Below are positions 1 through 8,782 of a stretch of DNA of 64,000 nucleotides, piece by piece (position 1 is the stretch's first letter; each line of letters opens with the position of its first letter). The stretch is from an archaeon. GTDB lineage: Archaea > Asgardarchaeota > Thorarchaeia > Thorarchaeales > Thorarchaeaceae. Location: NCBI GenBank assembly GCA_024275415.1, contig JAJRZD010000114.1, forward strand, positions 724 through 64,723, read 5' to 3'. The translations under genes and the position numbers were made by a program. The notes beneath the pieces are model-generated. The model was given only the letters and a program-made list of their open reading frames with translations. It made no database searches and was not told where the DNA came from.

Positions 1-1
1 T

Positions 2-418
2 GGGTTAGGCGAGGAAGAGTCGGAGCTCGCCAAATTCCTGATTGAGATGAAAGAAATGGGAGTCCGAGTGGCGCTGTTCGCGTTCACACCAGTCAAGGGG
101 ACACAGATGGCACAGCGCGCACAGCCCGATATCGGGGTCTATCGTAGAGTGCAGATCCTGCGTGACCTTTTGCAAAGGAACCTGATCACACGGGAGCAGG
201 TAGTACTTGATGAGAGGGGACGGATTACCTTTGATCTACCTCGTGATTCGTTGAAGGGTCTACTCGGTTCGGGTAATTCCTTCAGGGTGACAGGATGTCC
301 TGGCTGCAACCGACCGTACTACAACGAGAAACCAAGTGGAGTGATGTATAACTATTTTAGACCCTTGACAGAGGCTGAGGTCGAACGTGCGCTTGCAGAG
401 GCGGAAGTAGTGATATGA
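2..418 (+). CDS. C-terminal fragment of a radical-SAM-like protein, possibly an archaeal lipoyl synthase component; the 5' end lies outside the window
   Basis: Frame 2 is open from nt 2 with no stop, so the gene continues upstream of the window. It ends with TGA at 416-418 and overlaps the next gene by 4 nt. It contains the Cys motif GCPGCNRPYYNE. It appears operonic with the LplA-N/LplA-C genes. The lipoyl synthase assignment is inference from this context. Confidence 0.4.
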   Translation, partial: GLGEEESELAKFLIEMKEMGVRVALFAFTPVKGTQMAQRAQPDIGVYRRVQILRDLLQRNLITREQVVLDERGRITFDLPRDSLKGLLGSGNSFRVTGCPGCNRPYYNEKPSGVMYNYFRPLTEAEVERALAEAEVVI

Positions 419-1185
419 TCGAGGAATTCAGGTTTTTGGACTTGCAAACTCATGACGCATTTTACAATATGGCGACAGATGAGGCAATCATGCTTGCAAT
501 CAAGGACGGGGACTCGCCACCCACACTCAGGTTCTATAGGTGGAACCCGTCTGCTGTGTCCATAGGCACATTCCAGAGCATGAAGGAGGAAGTAGACCTC
601 GATTTCTGTGAAGACCGTGGGATAGATGCCATCCGTCGGATAACTGGTGGTGGTGCAGTTTACCACGATTACGAGGGTGAGATCACCTACAGTATTATCC
701 TGCCCAGAGGGCACAGACTAGCTCCTGAAGACATCCTTGAGTCATATAGGGTCTTATGTCAGGGTATTGTGAAGGGACTCGAGTTTCTCGGCATAGATGC
801 TGAGTTCAAGCCTATCAATGACATAATCACGGGCGGAAAGAAGATCTCAGGGAACGCCCAGACACGGAGGCATTCGTGTGTCCTTCAGCATGGCACTACG
901 CTGTTGGATCTGGACGTAGAATTGATGTTCTCCATCCTGAAGGTGCCTCAGGAAAAGATATCGGACAAGATGATAGCTGATGTCAAACAGAGAGTTACAT
1001 CGATACGAGATATTCTCGGAGCAGAAGTCAGTGTGCAAGACCTGCGAGAAGCGTTGCAATATGGGTTCACTGAAGGGCTTGGAATAGCCCTCATTCCTGG
1101 AACATTGAGTGACGAAGAAAGGACGACTGCTGAAAGGCTTGTGGTCGATAAGTACCGCACTGATGATTGGAACCTATCGAGGTGA
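415..1185 (+). CDS. lplA: lipoate-protein ligase A, N-terminal catalytic subunit (BPL/LPL catalytic domain)
   Basis: The 256 aa product carries typical LplA/LipM catalytic-domain motifs (RFYRWNPSAVSIG, RRITGGGAVYHD, KKISGNAQ). Its size matches the split LplA-N of Thermoplasma-type archaea. Confidence 0.8.
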   Translation: MIEEFRFLDLQTHDAFYNMATDEAIMLAIKDGDSPPTLRFYRWNPSAVSIGTFQSMKEEVDLDFCEDRGIDAIRRITGGGAVYHDYEGEITYSIILPRGHRLAPEDILESYRVLCQGIVKGLEFLGIDAEFKPINDIITGGKKISGNAQTRRHSCVLQHGTTLLDLDVELMFSILKVPQEKISDKMIADVKQRVTSIRDILGAEVSVQDLREALQYGFTEGLGIALIPGTLSDEERTTAERLVVDKYRTDDWNLSR

Positions 1186-1189
1186 GTGA

Positions 1190-1465
1190 ATGAGAACTGC
1201 TACTTACAAGGTTCCCGGTGGAAAACTGATCAAGGTCAAGTTATCGTTGAAAGATGACAGAATCGATGAGGTCATCATCACTGGAGATTTCTTCTTACAT
1301 CCAGAGTATTGCATTGGAGAGATCGAGTCCGCCCTCACAGGTTCCAAAATGGACTCCTCAGAATTACTTGCCCGAGTAGACAAAGCTTTGCATTCTAATG
1401 CCGCTCAACTGATTGGAGCGTCTGCCAGTGACATTGTCCATGCCATTCTAAGTGCAGTTGAATGA
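1190..1465 (+). CDS. lplB: lipoate-protein ligase C-terminal accessory domain protein (LplA-C / LplB-like)
   Basis: The 91 aa ORF lies immediately downstream of LplA-N. Its size and position match the separately encoded LplA C-terminal domain. It ends in TGA. Confidence 0.6.
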   Translation: MRTATYKVPGGKLIKVKLSLKDDRIDEVIITGDFFLHPEYCIGEIESALTGSKMDSSELLARVDKALHSNAAQLIGASASDIVHAILSAVE

Positions 1466-1468
1466 AAC

Positions 1469-2071
1469 CTAAGCCCCATAGCTGAAGGCAATCCGAAGCA
1501 AGTTGTTGTCATCCTTCTTGATGTTCTCAAATGAGAGAAGTGTCCCTTGGAATCTTGTGCTCCATGAATCGTTGAGCCCTGCAAAGGTTTCCACCATCAT
1601 TCTGAGATTTGAGGAGTCAATGTCATGGACAGTCGGCACCTCAGCATTCTCACGTGTCAGAACAATGTCATTGCCCCCTCGCACCTTGAATAGCGTGTCC
1701 ACAAGCGGTGCCACTTCATTCTGCATGTCCGGATGGACAAAATCCCGGATGAAACTTTTCGCGATATCCTTTGCAAACACATTCAGAGCTTGCTCATCTC
1801 CTATCCACGAGCGGTCGAGCCAAAGATTGCACTCCTGTAGTATCTCATCGGCATTCAGATGGATGGTGATATCTATGAATTCTTTAAATCCGCCCGGCTT
1901 GAGGCTGATCACAGTACAGCCGTTCTCCAGCTTCTTTCTTCCTATTTCACTAACATTGAAAAAACTGAAGAAATCAGAATATTTGACATTAGTGTATGTT
2001 ATCATGGATAGATCCTCTGTCTTCGCTGGAACATCCCTCCAAGGATTGAAGCAAGTTATCAAGTTTACCAA
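1469..2071 (-). CDS. hypothetical protein; candidate restriction endonuclease partner of the adjacent methyltransferase
   Basis: The 200 aa ORF lies directly downstream of the methyltransferase gene on the same strand, 68 nt away. I recognise no domain in it. The endonuclease role is inferred from position only. Confidence 0.3.
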   Translation of the reverse strand: MVNLITCFNPWRDVPAKTEDLSMITYTNVKYSDFFSFFNVSEIGRKKLENGCTVISLKPGGFKEFIDITIHLNADEILQECNLWLDRSWIGDEQALNVFAKDIAKSFIRDFVHPDMQNEVAPLVDTLFKVRGGNDIVLTRENAEVPTVHDIDSSNLRMMVETFAGLNDSWSTRFQGTLLSFENIKKDDNNLLRIAFSYGA

Positions 2072-2139
2072 GTTAACCTTTGGACTGATTCCTCAACCGG
2101 CAGTGTAGGACAGCAGCCCTCAAGAAACAGCTCTGTGTA

Positions 2140-2964
2140 TCACATATCGAGTTTTACTTGTACTACTTCAGAACGCATTTCTACAACTTTGGAGCCATTG
2201 ATAGAGGCGTCCATCTTTGAGAGCAGGGGTATCCCATTGCATGCCATCTCAAAGAATTGTCGGTCAATCTCGACGCCAATTGACTCGAATCCAAAATGCT
2301 CTGCTGCGGCTATTGTTGATCCACCGCCCATAAATGGGTCGAGAACTATCCCACGACCAAGTGGAAGTACAGCTCTTACAAAGTATCTCATCAGACTCTG
2401 AGGTTTCAATGATGGGTGGTCAGCGATTTTTCTTTCTGCTAAAGGAGTCCTGTGCGAGTTGGTGACATCAAGAAATGGTATTTGGTCAGATATTATTCGC
2501 AAACCTCCAGTACCCCATTTCCGCAAATTTTCTACAAGAGTTCCTTTAAACGGTTTTCTAAAGATTAACCAAGGCTCCCAACAACTTCTAGGTGTTGATG
2601 AAACGATGCTATACTCTTCATGCCCATTTTTTGGTCTGTCACCGCCTCGAAGTGTTCTGACAAGACGAGCGACTGTTCCTCTGAACTGAAAACCGGATTC
2701 CTTCATACCTATTACTACATGAGGAAATAGGAGAGTGTTTGATGCTATAATGACATGGGCACCTGGCACAAGCAGCTTGATGACATTTCTTCCAAATCTT
2801 GTAAAGTTGCCTTCGATGTTAGCAGTGTCTTCGTCGTTTAATATGGTAAACCTTGGTTGAGGTCGTCGTTTTGCACCATCGAAACTGGGTGGAATGCGCC
2901 AAATGCCATCATGACCTTGTCGCATCTTAGAAATTTCCCTTTTCGGTATATTCTCTGAGTCCAT
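2140..2964 (-). CDS. DNA methyltransferase, N6_N4_Mtase family (beta-class N4-C/N6-A)
   Basis: It contains HPSLKPQSL, a variant of the HPTQKP motif. A C-terminal AdoMet motif I (VLDPFMGGGSTIAAAE) follows it, as expected for the beta-class order. Confidence 0.8.
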   Translation of the reverse strand: MDSENIPKREISKMRQGHDGIWRIPPSFDGAKRRPQPRFTILNDEDTANIEGNFTRFGRNVIKLLVPGAHVIIASNTLLFPHVVIGMKESGFQFRGTVARLVRTLRGGDRPKNGHEEYSIVSSTPRSCWEPWLIFRKPFKGTLVENLRKWGTGGLRIISDQIPFLDVTNSHRTPLAERKIADHPSLKPQSLMRYFVRAVLPLGRGIVLDPFMGGGSTIAAAEHFGFESIGVEIDRQFFEMACNGIPLLSKMDASINGSKVVEMRSEVVQVKLDM

Positions 2965-3292
2965 AAGGAGGGTCTGTTACAATTGCGTGCATCGAATTAG
3001 GTTCTTGCGACTCAAATCATTCAAAAGCATCTGCATGGATGAGTTTGTAGGGCATTCAACCACCGTGGTAGCTACATTGTACCTATACTTTTGAATATCT
3101 GGTTATCATCAAATTATCGACATATGAAATGGGATGAGCCTTTCCTACCACTGAAAGACCAATCAGAACTCTCAATCTCCGCTGCAAGAATCTCTACGAA
3201 TTCAAGCTTGCACAACTTACAATGAACGGTATATTATATGATCGCTGCAAGAAATCCAACCATATACTTGAAATAGACCCCTGACCAATGTA

Positions 3293-3781
3293 TTGGAGAT
3301 AGATATGTCCAACGAATACTCCGATGACAAGAAGATCCGCAAGATCAATGCGGACATTGCAAAGTTCTCACAGGAGCTTGAAAAGGCAGAGGCGGAATTA
3401 GCAGGGATTGGCGAAAAACTGGACGGCGAGATTGCCCGGTTGCGAGCCGAGGCAAAGTCTAAGGAGGAGGTCTTTGAGGACCTCAGGAAACGTGCTCGTG
3501 AAGCCGAATCGATATGGAGGTCTGCCGAGAAGAAATTCAAAAATGCCCAGAAGAACAAGCAGAAGAGCATCTCGAAAGTGAAGAAGAAGGTGGATGGACT
3601 GCGAAATGTGATGAGGAAGGCGGAAAAGGCAAAGGAGAAACGCATCAACGAGATCGAGCGGGAGAAGTTAAAGCAGGTCGAAAAGGCCAAAAAGAAAAAA
3701 GAGAAGGAAATGGAGAAGATCAAAGCTGAAGAGGTCAAGAGGGTCGAGGAAGAAAAGAAACGCGAGCTAGGAATCGACTAA
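3293..3781 (+). CDS. Lys/Glu-rich coiled-coil protein, hypothetical
   Basis: The 162 aa product is highly charged with a K/E/A-rich heptad-like sequence. A TATA-like element (catatact) lies about 40 nt upstream. It ends in TAA. Confidence 0.5.
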   Translation: MEIDMSNEYSDDKKIRKINADIAKFSQELEKAEAELAGIGEKLDGEIARLRAEAKSKEEVFEDLRKRAREAESIWRSAEKKFKNAQKNKQKSISKVKKKVDGLRNVMRKAEKAKEKRINEIEREKLKQVEKAKKKKEKEMEKIKAEEVKRVEEEKKRELGID

Positions 3782-3801
3782 GGATTGGGACTGGTGATCC
3801 A

Positions 3802-4773
3802 ATGAATGCATACTTTGTGATCGTTCTCTTAGGAACTCTCTTGTTTTATATTGTCTGGGGATTCGGGTGGCTTCTTGAGCGGTTATCCCATGTGGCCCTC
3901 CGGGTGACGCGCAAGCCCGGGTCCAAGGCATGGTATGCCCTTGTTGGACCAGGTGTGGCATTGCACGAATCGTCACATGCATTGGGATGTGTGTTCACGG
4001 GGACTGAGATTGTCGAATTCAAACCTGTCAATGTGTCAGTAGAAGGCGACCAGGTCGTTTTGGGATATGTCAAATATATCAATCCTTCAAGCGTTCTGAA
4101 ATGTACCATAATCAATCTCGCACCGGTCGGCGTTTCACTCATTCTACTCACGTTCTTTGCATTAGCATCGACATACTTGATCCCAGATGCGCACCTTGGT
4201 GGCGAAGCGATACAGTTGCTCAAAGACCTCATAAATGTAAAACTGGATCCTGTTGCACTTGCGGATGCAACTGGACCCCTCACAACGATAGGTGCTTTCG
4301 TATTCAACTTCTTCTACACATTTGCTGGACTGACCGTCATTAACCCCCTCTTCTGGATCGTTGCATTTCTGGCAATGACAATCATGTTCAGCAACGCTCC
4401 CTCAGAGGTTGATATCACAAATGCTCTCCCCGGGCTGAAATACATCATCCTCTTCGATATATTCTGGCTACTGGTGGCTTACTTCGTTCCTGTCGCCGGT
4501 TTCTTGCTTTATGGCGTCTTCGAACTCTTGACCGTGATGTTCGCCCTTGCACTAGGCTTCACAGCTATTGCATATGGGTTCTTCATCATGATAACTGCAA
4601 TGGGGCGATTGAGAACACCCTATAATATCATTCCTTTCATAGGTACGATTGTCGCTGGTATCCTTCTCTCTCAGTACAGCACCTATAGCCCTGCGATGCA
4701 AACTGTACTTTCAGTAGCAGTCTTCGTCATCATTGTCATCCCGATGCTACTACGTTTCAGCAATGACTCATGA
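3802..4773 (+). CDS. polytopic membrane protein with an HExxH motif; putative intramembrane metalloprotease-like protein
   Basis: The 323 aa product has multiple hydrophobic segments. An HESSH motif (aa 55-59, nt 3964-3978) sits at the edge of a transmembrane segment. Confidence 0.4.
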   Translation: MNAYFVIVLLGTLLFYIVWGFGWLLERLSHVALRVTRKPGSKAWYALVGPGVALHESSHALGCVFTGTEIVEFKPVNVSVEGDQVVLGYVKYINPSSVLKCTIINLAPVGVSLILLTFFALASTYLIPDAHLGGEAIQLLKDLINVKLDPVALADATGPLTTIGAFVFNFFYTFAGLTVINPLFWIVAFLAMTIMFSNAPSEVDITNALPGLKYIILFDIFWLLVAYFVPVAGFLLYGVFELLTVMFALALGFTAIAYGFFIMITAMGRLRTPYNIIPFIGTIVAGILLSQYSTYSPAMQTVLSVAVFVIIVIPMLLRFSNDS

Positions 4774-4887
4774 GAGCTCTCACTATCAAGACTACCTGCA
4801 AGAAAAATCATCATATGATGACTCCTGAAGAATACAATGCAAAAAGAAAAAGAGAGAAACCCCTATGATGGGGTTTCCACTGAGAAA

Positions 4888-7719
4888 CTACTTGGATTTC
4901 CTTATCATTATGACGAGGACTACTAACACTATAACAGTACCAACTGCGATGACCAGTATGAGCCACTCAGGTAACGAGGGCGGTTGTGTACTAGTGTCGG
5001 TATCGGTTCCCGTGCTGGTGTCCGTATCAGTGTCTGTGCCTGTCGTACTAGATGCGGTCACGGTCAGGGTCACCACAGAGGACACCCAGTTGCCGGACGT
5101 GTCGTTCACAGCCATGGTCAGGTTGTATGTACCCGCATCGAACCCACCGACATCCACCACAATGACCGATCCGTTCCACGTACCCTGTTCGACAGTGACG
5201 TTGTCCACGATGAACCAGTACGAGTCAGGGAGCAGGTCAGAGAAGGTCCAGTTGACCTCGAAACTTGAAAGTCCTTCCTCGTATTCTAGGTTCGCAGGTG
5301 CCTCGACCAGTGTCGGTGCAGTGGTGTCCTCTACCGTGACCACCACGGAGTCGCTGACACTGGCTCCAATCATGTCATAGACGGTCAGGGTGTAGGTGAC
5401 AGTGCCAATGTCGTCCTCGTTGAGAGCCACAGTGACCGGACTCCCGTCCCATGCGGTGTTGACAATCTCCGTACCATCTCGTGTGACCTTGTAAGTGGAA
5501 GGCCATTTACTGACAGGTGTCCATGTGATTGATTCTCCAGAGGCCTTTACCTCAATGGTCTTGTCACTGGGGTTATCAATAGTAGGTGGTGTTATGAATA
5601 TGAAGGCGATCTGGTTCATCCACAGCTCGAAGTTGTCATCATAGGTGGAGTCGTCGAGGTCTCCGCTGAACTGGTCGATGAGGTACCCATTGTACAGGGT
5701 CTGCCCGTCGTTCCGCAGGACGATGATGCTCTCGTTGTCACGCGCTGTGGACGTAATCCCAGCCAGGGCAGTCGCATTGGCGAACACGTTCAACACGTCT
5801 CCCTCATCACCATAGTCAAGAAACGGTGTTAAGTTGCTGGCACCATAGGCATTGGGTATGTTGAAAATACTGTGTGATGGTTCCCAGATGTGGACTGCAC
5901 TAAAATTAGGAACATCATATGAGAAGTTGAAACCCAAGAGGGGCCAGAGCCGACTGGTGGGGGACAAGTCAACTTGATAGTTGGACATAATCAGTTTACC
6001 CCCGGCCTCGACATGCTGAGCAATCTCTTCGAGATATGCACTTGAAATAGAAACCCAGGGCGAGTCAAAGACGACCATGTCCCATGAACGCATGTTCAAG
6101 GAGAGGTTGAAGAATTTATGCGTAGCCATCAGGTAGTAATCGATGTCTAGCTCGCTCAATGCGAGTGCGACGGGTGTCCTGTAGTAGTTCGGACTAAATG
6201 GTTCATCGACAAAAAGCAGGACATCAGCACCTCCGGACACGAGCCAGTTGGCGATGTTCACAGCGAACTGGAGGTTATTAGTACTCCCGATACGTGCCCC
6301 GTCGAAGATATTGATGTCCGAAACGAGAACCACTCTCCCGTTCCCGTACTCCTGGGCCCCTGCAATGATATCGCCAGAATCAGTGGTCATGATGGGGTAT
6401 GCAGGGCTCGGTACATTGACAACACCAGGAGAAGCAGTAGTGATTGCTACCAAGTTCTCAGAAATCGGGTGCTCTGCGAATACATTAGGTGTCCCGGCCG
6501 CGTTGTCCGTCGAGTTCCATTCCAAGGCGTAACTGTCGAGTAAGAAGTTGATATATGTTATTTCGTCCGTGAAGAAGGTATTTTCCCCAAGAACGAGCAG
6601 GCTTCCCCCAGAGTTCACCCAGTCTGTGACAGCGCTCACTTCTGCTGCTGTGAAGTTCAAACGGGGCAATTCGATGATGAGCATGTCATACCCTTGCAGG
6701 TTCGTAGACGTCAGGTTCCCACTGGCAGAGGGCCAGAGCTTGTCGAACGTGTAGGTCCTATTCACCAGCGCGTTCCTCAACTCACTGAAACTGTTGGTTG
6801 ATGCATATGAGATGTCCCACTCGTCTACCCCATAATAGGGCAGATGAGATAGGTCAAAGAGGATCCTACCCTTGGGTCGTGGGGCTAACCACTCGACAGC
6901 ATCGATGATGGCATTCTCCCATGCTGCTTTCCATGGGTCGACTGGAATACCCAGTTGGACGACCTTGCCGCCCATGTCCGTGGGATCCATAGCTACTCCC
7001 TTTACCCAGTGCGCTTTGTCCCTATCGATGGCTATTTTGGTCAGGGATGATGCAATACTGGTGTTCATCAAAGCTGTCCAAGTATAGTGTGCATAATCGT
7101 TATAGACGGCATCGACGAGAGATTCGCCCAGTGCGTAGTCTTTCGTGACAGGATGCCTCTCAGAGATGTTCCCACCGCCAGTCACGACGTAGTCCCAATA
7201 GGTGGGATAACCATCGTCTACACCTGCGGACTCTCTTGGTAATATCCCCGCATAGCCAAGGTATCCTGCACCACTGTCAAAGCTCAAAATACCGCCACCT
7301 CCAAGCCAGAACTCCTTGACAAGGTCAGTGATGTTCTCTCGTGGGACATTATCAGCCAAGACAAGCACATCAAAGTCTGCTGTCTTTAGCTTGTGATCTA
7401 GGATGTCTTGGAACGTGAGGATTGTCACATCATACCCTGCTGACGTAAGGAGAGCCGTGATGATGCTGTAGTTGGTGTTCATAATACCCGTCGTATATGA
7501 CGGCGTCGTAGCATTCGTTTCATTGTACACTGCAACACGAATAGTGCGTTGGATTTGTCCCATGGCAGGGGTTTCCCTGTTCTGGAATTTAACTTGTGTG
7601 TCCGACAGATTGTCAGACACTTTGGACATTGTGTTATTACTCATATCCATTGTATTGGGAATCATGAAAGTCCCTACAAACAGGATAATCAATAGTATAC
7701 AAAATATTTTTTCCTTCAT
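4888..7719 (-). CDS. large secreted/surface-anchored protein with a Thr-rich stalk and a C-terminal membrane anchor
   Basis: The 943 aa product has an N-terminal hydrophobic signal/anchor and many NxS/T sequons. Its C-terminus is TGTDTDTDTSTGTDTDTSTQPPSLPEWLILVIAVGTVIVLVVLVIMIRKSK. Its C-terminal module resembles that of the protein at 61319..63997. Confidence 0.7.
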   Translation of the reverse strand: MKEKIFCILLIILFVGTFMIPNTMDMSNNTMSKVSDNLSDTQVKFQNRETPAMGQIQRTIRVAVYNETNATTPSYTTGIMNTNYSIITALLTSAGYDVTILTFQDILDHKLKTADFDVLVLADNVPRENITDLVKEFWLGGGGILSFDSGAGYLGYAGILPRESAGVDDGYPTYWDYVVTGGGNISERHPVTKDYALGESLVDAVYNDYAHYTWTALMNTSIASSLTKIAIDRDKAHWVKGVAMDPTDMGGKVVQLGIPVDPWKAAWENAIIDAVEWLAPRPKGRILFDLSHLPYYGVDEWDISYASTNSFSELRNALVNRTYTFDKLWPSASGNLTSTNLQGYDMLIIELPRLNFTAAEVSAVTDWVNSGGSLLVLGENTFFTDEITYINFLLDSYALEWNSTDNAAGTPNVFAEHPISENLVAITTASPGVVNVPSPAYPIMTTDSGDIIAGAQEYGNGRVVLVSDINIFDGARIGSTNNLQFAVNIANWLVSGGADVLLFVDEPFSPNYYRTPVALALSELDIDYYLMATHKFFNLSLNMRSWDMVVFDSPWVSISSAYLEEIAQHVEAGGKLIMSNYQVDLSPTSRLWPLLGFNFSYDVPNFSAVHIWEPSHSIFNIPNAYGASNLTPFLDYGDEGDVLNVFANATALAGITSTARDNESIIVLRNDGQTLYNGYLIDQFSGDLDDSTYDDNFELWMNQIAFIFITPPTIDNPSDKTIEVKASGESITWTPVSKWPSTYKVTRDGTEIVNTAWDGSPVTVALNEDDIGTVTYTLTVYDMIGASVSDSVVVTVEDTTAPTLVEAPANLEYEEGLSSFEVNWTFSDLLPDSYWFIVDNVTVEQGTWNGSVIVVDVGGFDAGTYNLTMAVNDTSGNWVSSVVTLTVTASSTTGTDTDTDTSTGTDTDTSTQPPSLPEWLILVIAVGTVIVLVVLVIMIRKSK

Positions 7720-8434
7720 TATGTTGCCTCATGCAAATATCTAGTTACGGATACCAACATACATGACTGATACCCACAAGTTAAACTTAGATTATGTATA
7801 TAAACTCTAGGAGAATTTCGGCTCTTTCGTTGCGGAATCAACAGGAAAACTGGTTATACGTTTCAAATTAAATCACATTACAGATGGTCGCTATCTGCCT
7901 GTTGTTTAGTATTGACTTTTCACGCAGAACAGAGAATTTCTATATCTCTGTCAGACCTACAGACCTCGTGTGATGAGATTTATTCATATGAAGCAATCGA
8001 GCAATGCGATGTAGATGTCATACAACTACTACGCAAGTGGAACTGATTCATTGTATGATCGAGGGGGTTATCACATCTGTAAGAAACACGGCCAGACCTA
8101 TACATCCTTTACCACATCCATTGAGCAACGGACATGTTTTCAGTTTCACAGACTGGGCATGTGTGTCAAGACTGTCCATGGATAGGAACGGCCTGGAATA
8201 ATCCACTGTGCACAGTGCAACAGACATTTACCATGTTGATGAGAACGCGGCACGGGACATCATTCATAAACACGATCTCAAATTCAAGTCCAGTGCTGTT
8301 GCTGGACAGACTACCTGATGTCAATGTCCGCCCATCTTACAATCAACAAAACAACTGTTCGTCAATAATCTGGAGCGAAAACGTAATACAGTGTCTGATA
8401 TATGGAATTTCAGGCAAACATATGGTGAACGCAG

Positions 8435-8782
8435 ATGGCAAAGATAGACCTAGTTAGGAGACCCTCACTTATCCAACCAAATCATTTGCTCCGGTACATC
8501 TTCTTCACTGAGATGCAGGTCAATCAAGCAGCCAAGATCCTTAATGAGATTATGTCGGCAGACGGTGTTGTGGCTGACAGTGAATGGGAACGATTCGTTC
8601 TCAGCAGCAGGGGTCTCTATGTCAAAGTGATGCGGAAACTACGGGATGTAGGTCTCGTCGAGAAACGAATGGGCGAATATCGGCTGACGAAAGACTTCTC
8701 GTCAGCTCTGGTCAAGATTGGGAAATACTGGGAAGATATCGTCGAGTCCTACAACAAAGGCGATCGCACGATCTCCTTCTGA
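8435..8782 (+). CDS. hypothetical protein, possible winged-helix protein
   Basis: This is a 115 aa ORF ending in TGA. The segment LVKIGKYW...RKLRDVGLVEKR... looks like a winged helix. The assignment is weak. Confidence 0.3.
   Translation: MAKIDLVRRPSLIQPNHLLRYIFFTEMQVNQAAKILNEIMSADGVVADSEWERFVLSSRGLYVKVMRKLRDVGLVEKRMGEYRLTKDFSSALVKIGKYWEDIVESYNKGDRTISF

Noticed and set aside
1503-2108. 201-aa plus-strand ORF overlapping the 1469..2071 minus-strand gene
   Set aside because: It is a shadow frame of the better-positioned minus-strand gene. The latter is operonic with the methyltransferase.
3217-3738. Antisense 173-aa ORF and the 3514..3729 sense-strand ORF overlapping the Lys/Glu-rich gene
   Set aside because: These are low-complexity shadow ORFs produced by the GAA/AAG-rich repeat composition. 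They have no independent signals.
4984-6754. Several 68-171 aa ORFs on the plus strand within the 4888..7719 surface protein gene
   Set aside because: They are embedded antisense ORFs within a long, well-supported CDS. They have no start context or homology.
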